NCBI GenBank assembly: GCA_047515615.1
Contig: JAKZWH010000024.1
Span: 1-29,718 of the forward strand
Reading direction: 5' to 3'
DNA length: 29,718 nt
Source of the DNA: Acidimicrobiales bacterium
GTDB lineage: Bacteria > Actinomycetota > Acidimicrobiia > Acidimicrobiales > Aldehydirespiratoraceae
Positions within the stretch are counted from its first letter, which is position 1. Every line of letters begins with the position of its first letter. Positions 28,220 through 29,718 of the stretch are shown here, piece after piece. Below the pieces are notes generated by a model. The model ran no database searches, had not been told where the DNA came from, and was given only the letters and a program-made list of their open reading frames with translations. Made by a program: the position numbers and the translations under genes.

Positions 28220-28298
28220 CGGTGACCTATCAGCGCAGCACGTGAGAACTCGCGGCCGCGTTCCCGCCTACTGTCTGGAGCGACCCTAGGGAGGCCGC

Positions 28299-29291
28299 TT
28301 GGAACCTGTGCTCGATGTGGTGGGTGTCGGCAACGCCATCGTCGATGTAATCGCCTCGGTCGATGACTCGTTCATCGTCGCCCACGGGCTGGTGAAGGGG
28401 GCCATGACCCTGGTCAGCGCCGAGAGGTCCGCCGAGTTGTACGACGCCATGCCGACCGGGATCGCAGCCTCCGGCGGCTCGGCGGCCAACACGGTGGCCG
28501 GCGCGGCCTCCTTCGGCGGGCGGGCCGCGTTTATCGGCAAGGTGCGCGACGACCAACTGGGCGAGGTGTTCGTGCATGACATCCGGGCGACGGGAGTCGC
28601 CTTCGACGTGCCGCCGGCGCCGGACGGCCCGCCCACGGCCCGCTGCCTGATCCAGGTGACCCCCGATGCCGAGCGGACGATGAACACCTTCCTGGGCACC
28701 TCGGCCCTGCTGGGGCCTGACGACGTGGACACCGGCCTGGTCGCCTCGGCGGGGATCACGTACTGCGAGGGCTATCTGTGGGATGTGCAGGTGGCTAAGG
28801 ACGCGATCCGCGTGGCCATGGAGGCCGCGGGCGAGGCCGGCCGGACGGTGGCGCTGGCGCTGAGCGACTCCTACTGCGTGGAGCGCCACCGAGCCGAGTG
28901 GCTCGACCTGATCGAGGACCGCGTCGACGTGGTGTTCGCCAACGAGGCGGAAGTGTGCGCGCTGCACTCGACCGGCGACCTGGCCGTGGCCCGCGACCGC
29001 ACGGCCGAGATGGCCCGGACGGTGGTGATCACCCGCGGCGCCCGGGGCTCGGTGGTGGTCGAGGGCACGACGGTGGAGGAGATCCCCGCGGCCCCGGTTC
29101 TGAGGGTCGTGGACGCCACCGGCGCCGGCGACCTGTACGCCGCGGGCTTCCTGTGGGGCCTCAGCCGGGGCGCGCCCCTGGTCCGCTGCGCACAATTGGG
29201 GAACCTGGCCGCAGCCGAGGTGGTCAGCCATGTGGGCGCTCGTCCCCTGGTGCCGCTGTCAGAGCGCGCCGTCGTGGCTGGGCTCGGCTGA
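28299..29291 (+). CDS. PfkB-family carbohydrate/nucleoside kinase, adenosine kinase-like
   Basis: DVVGVGNAIVD, GGSAANT, FIGKVRDDQLG, ERTMNTFLG, FANEAE, DATGAGDLYAAGF. TTG start with GGGAGG upstream. Confidence 0.9.
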   Translation: MEPVLDVVGVGNAIVDVIASVDDSFIVAHGLVKGAMTLVSAERSAELYDAMPTGIAASGGSAANTVAGAASFGGRAAFIGKVRDDQLGEVFVHDIRATGVAFDVPPAPDGPPTARCLIQVTPDAERTMNTFLGTSALLGPDDVDTGLVASAGITYCEGYLWDVQVAKDAIRVAMEAAGEAGRTVALALSDSYCVERHRAEWLDLIEDRVDVVFANEAEVCALHSTGDLAVARDRTAEMARTVVITRGARGSVVVEGTTVEEIPAAPVLRVVDATGAGDLYAAGFLWGLSRGAPLVRCAQLGNLAAAEVVSHVGARPLVPLSERAVVAGLG

Positions 29292-29295
29292 TTGC

Positions 29296-29350
29296 TCGGG
29301 TTCGGGGCGCGGCCGGGCTCGGTTCACCGTTCGGGTTCCGGGCGCGGCCG
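29296..29350 (+). repeat. 20-nt direct repeat upstream of the SRPBCC gene
   Basis: tcgggttcggggcgcggccg (29296-29315) and tcgggttccgggcgcggccg (29331-29350), one mismatch. Confidence 0.8.
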
Positions 29351-29362
29351 TAGGCTCAGCGA

Positions 29363-29718
29363 GTGGCGACGATCCGGGTCTCGACGGTGGTGCCCGCGGC
29401 GCCCGCGGCGGTGTGGGAGGACCTGCGCCACATCGGCCGCCACGTTGACTGGATGAGTGACGCCTGCTCGATTCGCTTCCTCACGGAGGCGACCGAGGGC
29501 GTCGGCGTGCGCTTCGAGTGCGCTACCAGAGTCGGCCCGATGCGGACCATCGATTGCATGGAGGTCACCGAGTGGCGAGACGGCCAAGTGATGGGGATCC
29601 GTCACCGCGGGGCGGTCTCGGGCACCGGGCAGTTCCGGCTCACTGGATGCCCGGGACCCGCCGGCGAGAGCCATACGCGGTTCGAGTGGACTGAGACGCT
29701 CCGGTTCCGATGGTGGAT
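29363..29718 (+). CDS. SRPBCC (polyketide cyclase/START-like) protein, runs off the window end
   Basis: Hand translation has no stop: MATIRVSTVVPAAPAAVWEDLRHIGRHVDWMSDA...GVGVRFECATRVGP...MEVTEW...MGIRHRGAVSGTGQFRL. GTG is 6 nt after TAGGCT (29351-29356). Not in the ORF track. Confidence 0.85.
   Translation, partial: MATIRVSTVVPAAPAAVWEDLRHIGRHVDWMSDACSIRFLTEATEGVGVRFECATRVGPMRTIDCMEVTEWRDGQVMGIRHRGAVSGTGQFRLTGCPGPAGESHTRFEWTETLRFRWW

Noticed and set aside
29324-29674. Minus-strand ORFs at the window end
   Set aside because: They are shadows of the plus-strand SRPBCC gene, which the track omits because it has no stop inside the window.

Overview
High-GC Actinomycetota DNA; the gene order and the long acidic tails on RpsB, CdsA, IspG and NusA suggest class Acidimicrobiia (inference). 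About 16 kb of the window is one co-directional translation, membrane and isoprenoid cluster: rpsB-tsf-pyrH-frr-cdsA-dxr-rseP-ispG-rimP-nusA-ylxR-infB-rbfA-truB-ribF. Upstream lie the 3' end of cimA, a hypothetical gene, a lower-GC reverse-strand islet (two DUF4190-like genes plus an unannotated RDD-like remnant), gltX and an M23/LytM gene that has lost its zinc ligands. Downstream lie pepN, a divergent unit (THI5/NMT1-like lipoprotein plus an atypical amidohydrolase, opposite an XRE-cupin regulator), a DrrAB-type ABC exporter, a PfkB/adenosine kinase and a truncated SRPBCC gene. I found no tRNA, rRNA, CRISPR array, transposase or integrase. The most notable signals are: a ~120-nt dispersed intergenic element in two copies with an identical 48-nt core, each fused to an upstream stop codon; the binding protein/amidohydrolase unit whose catalytic HxxE Glu is replaced by Arg; a 30-nt duplicate of the rbfA 3' end that forms a mini-ORF coupled to truB; a probable CTG start for ylxR; an in-frame VNTR in IF2; and several apparently leaderless genes. 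All calls come from motif recognition and hand inspection. No database search was run.
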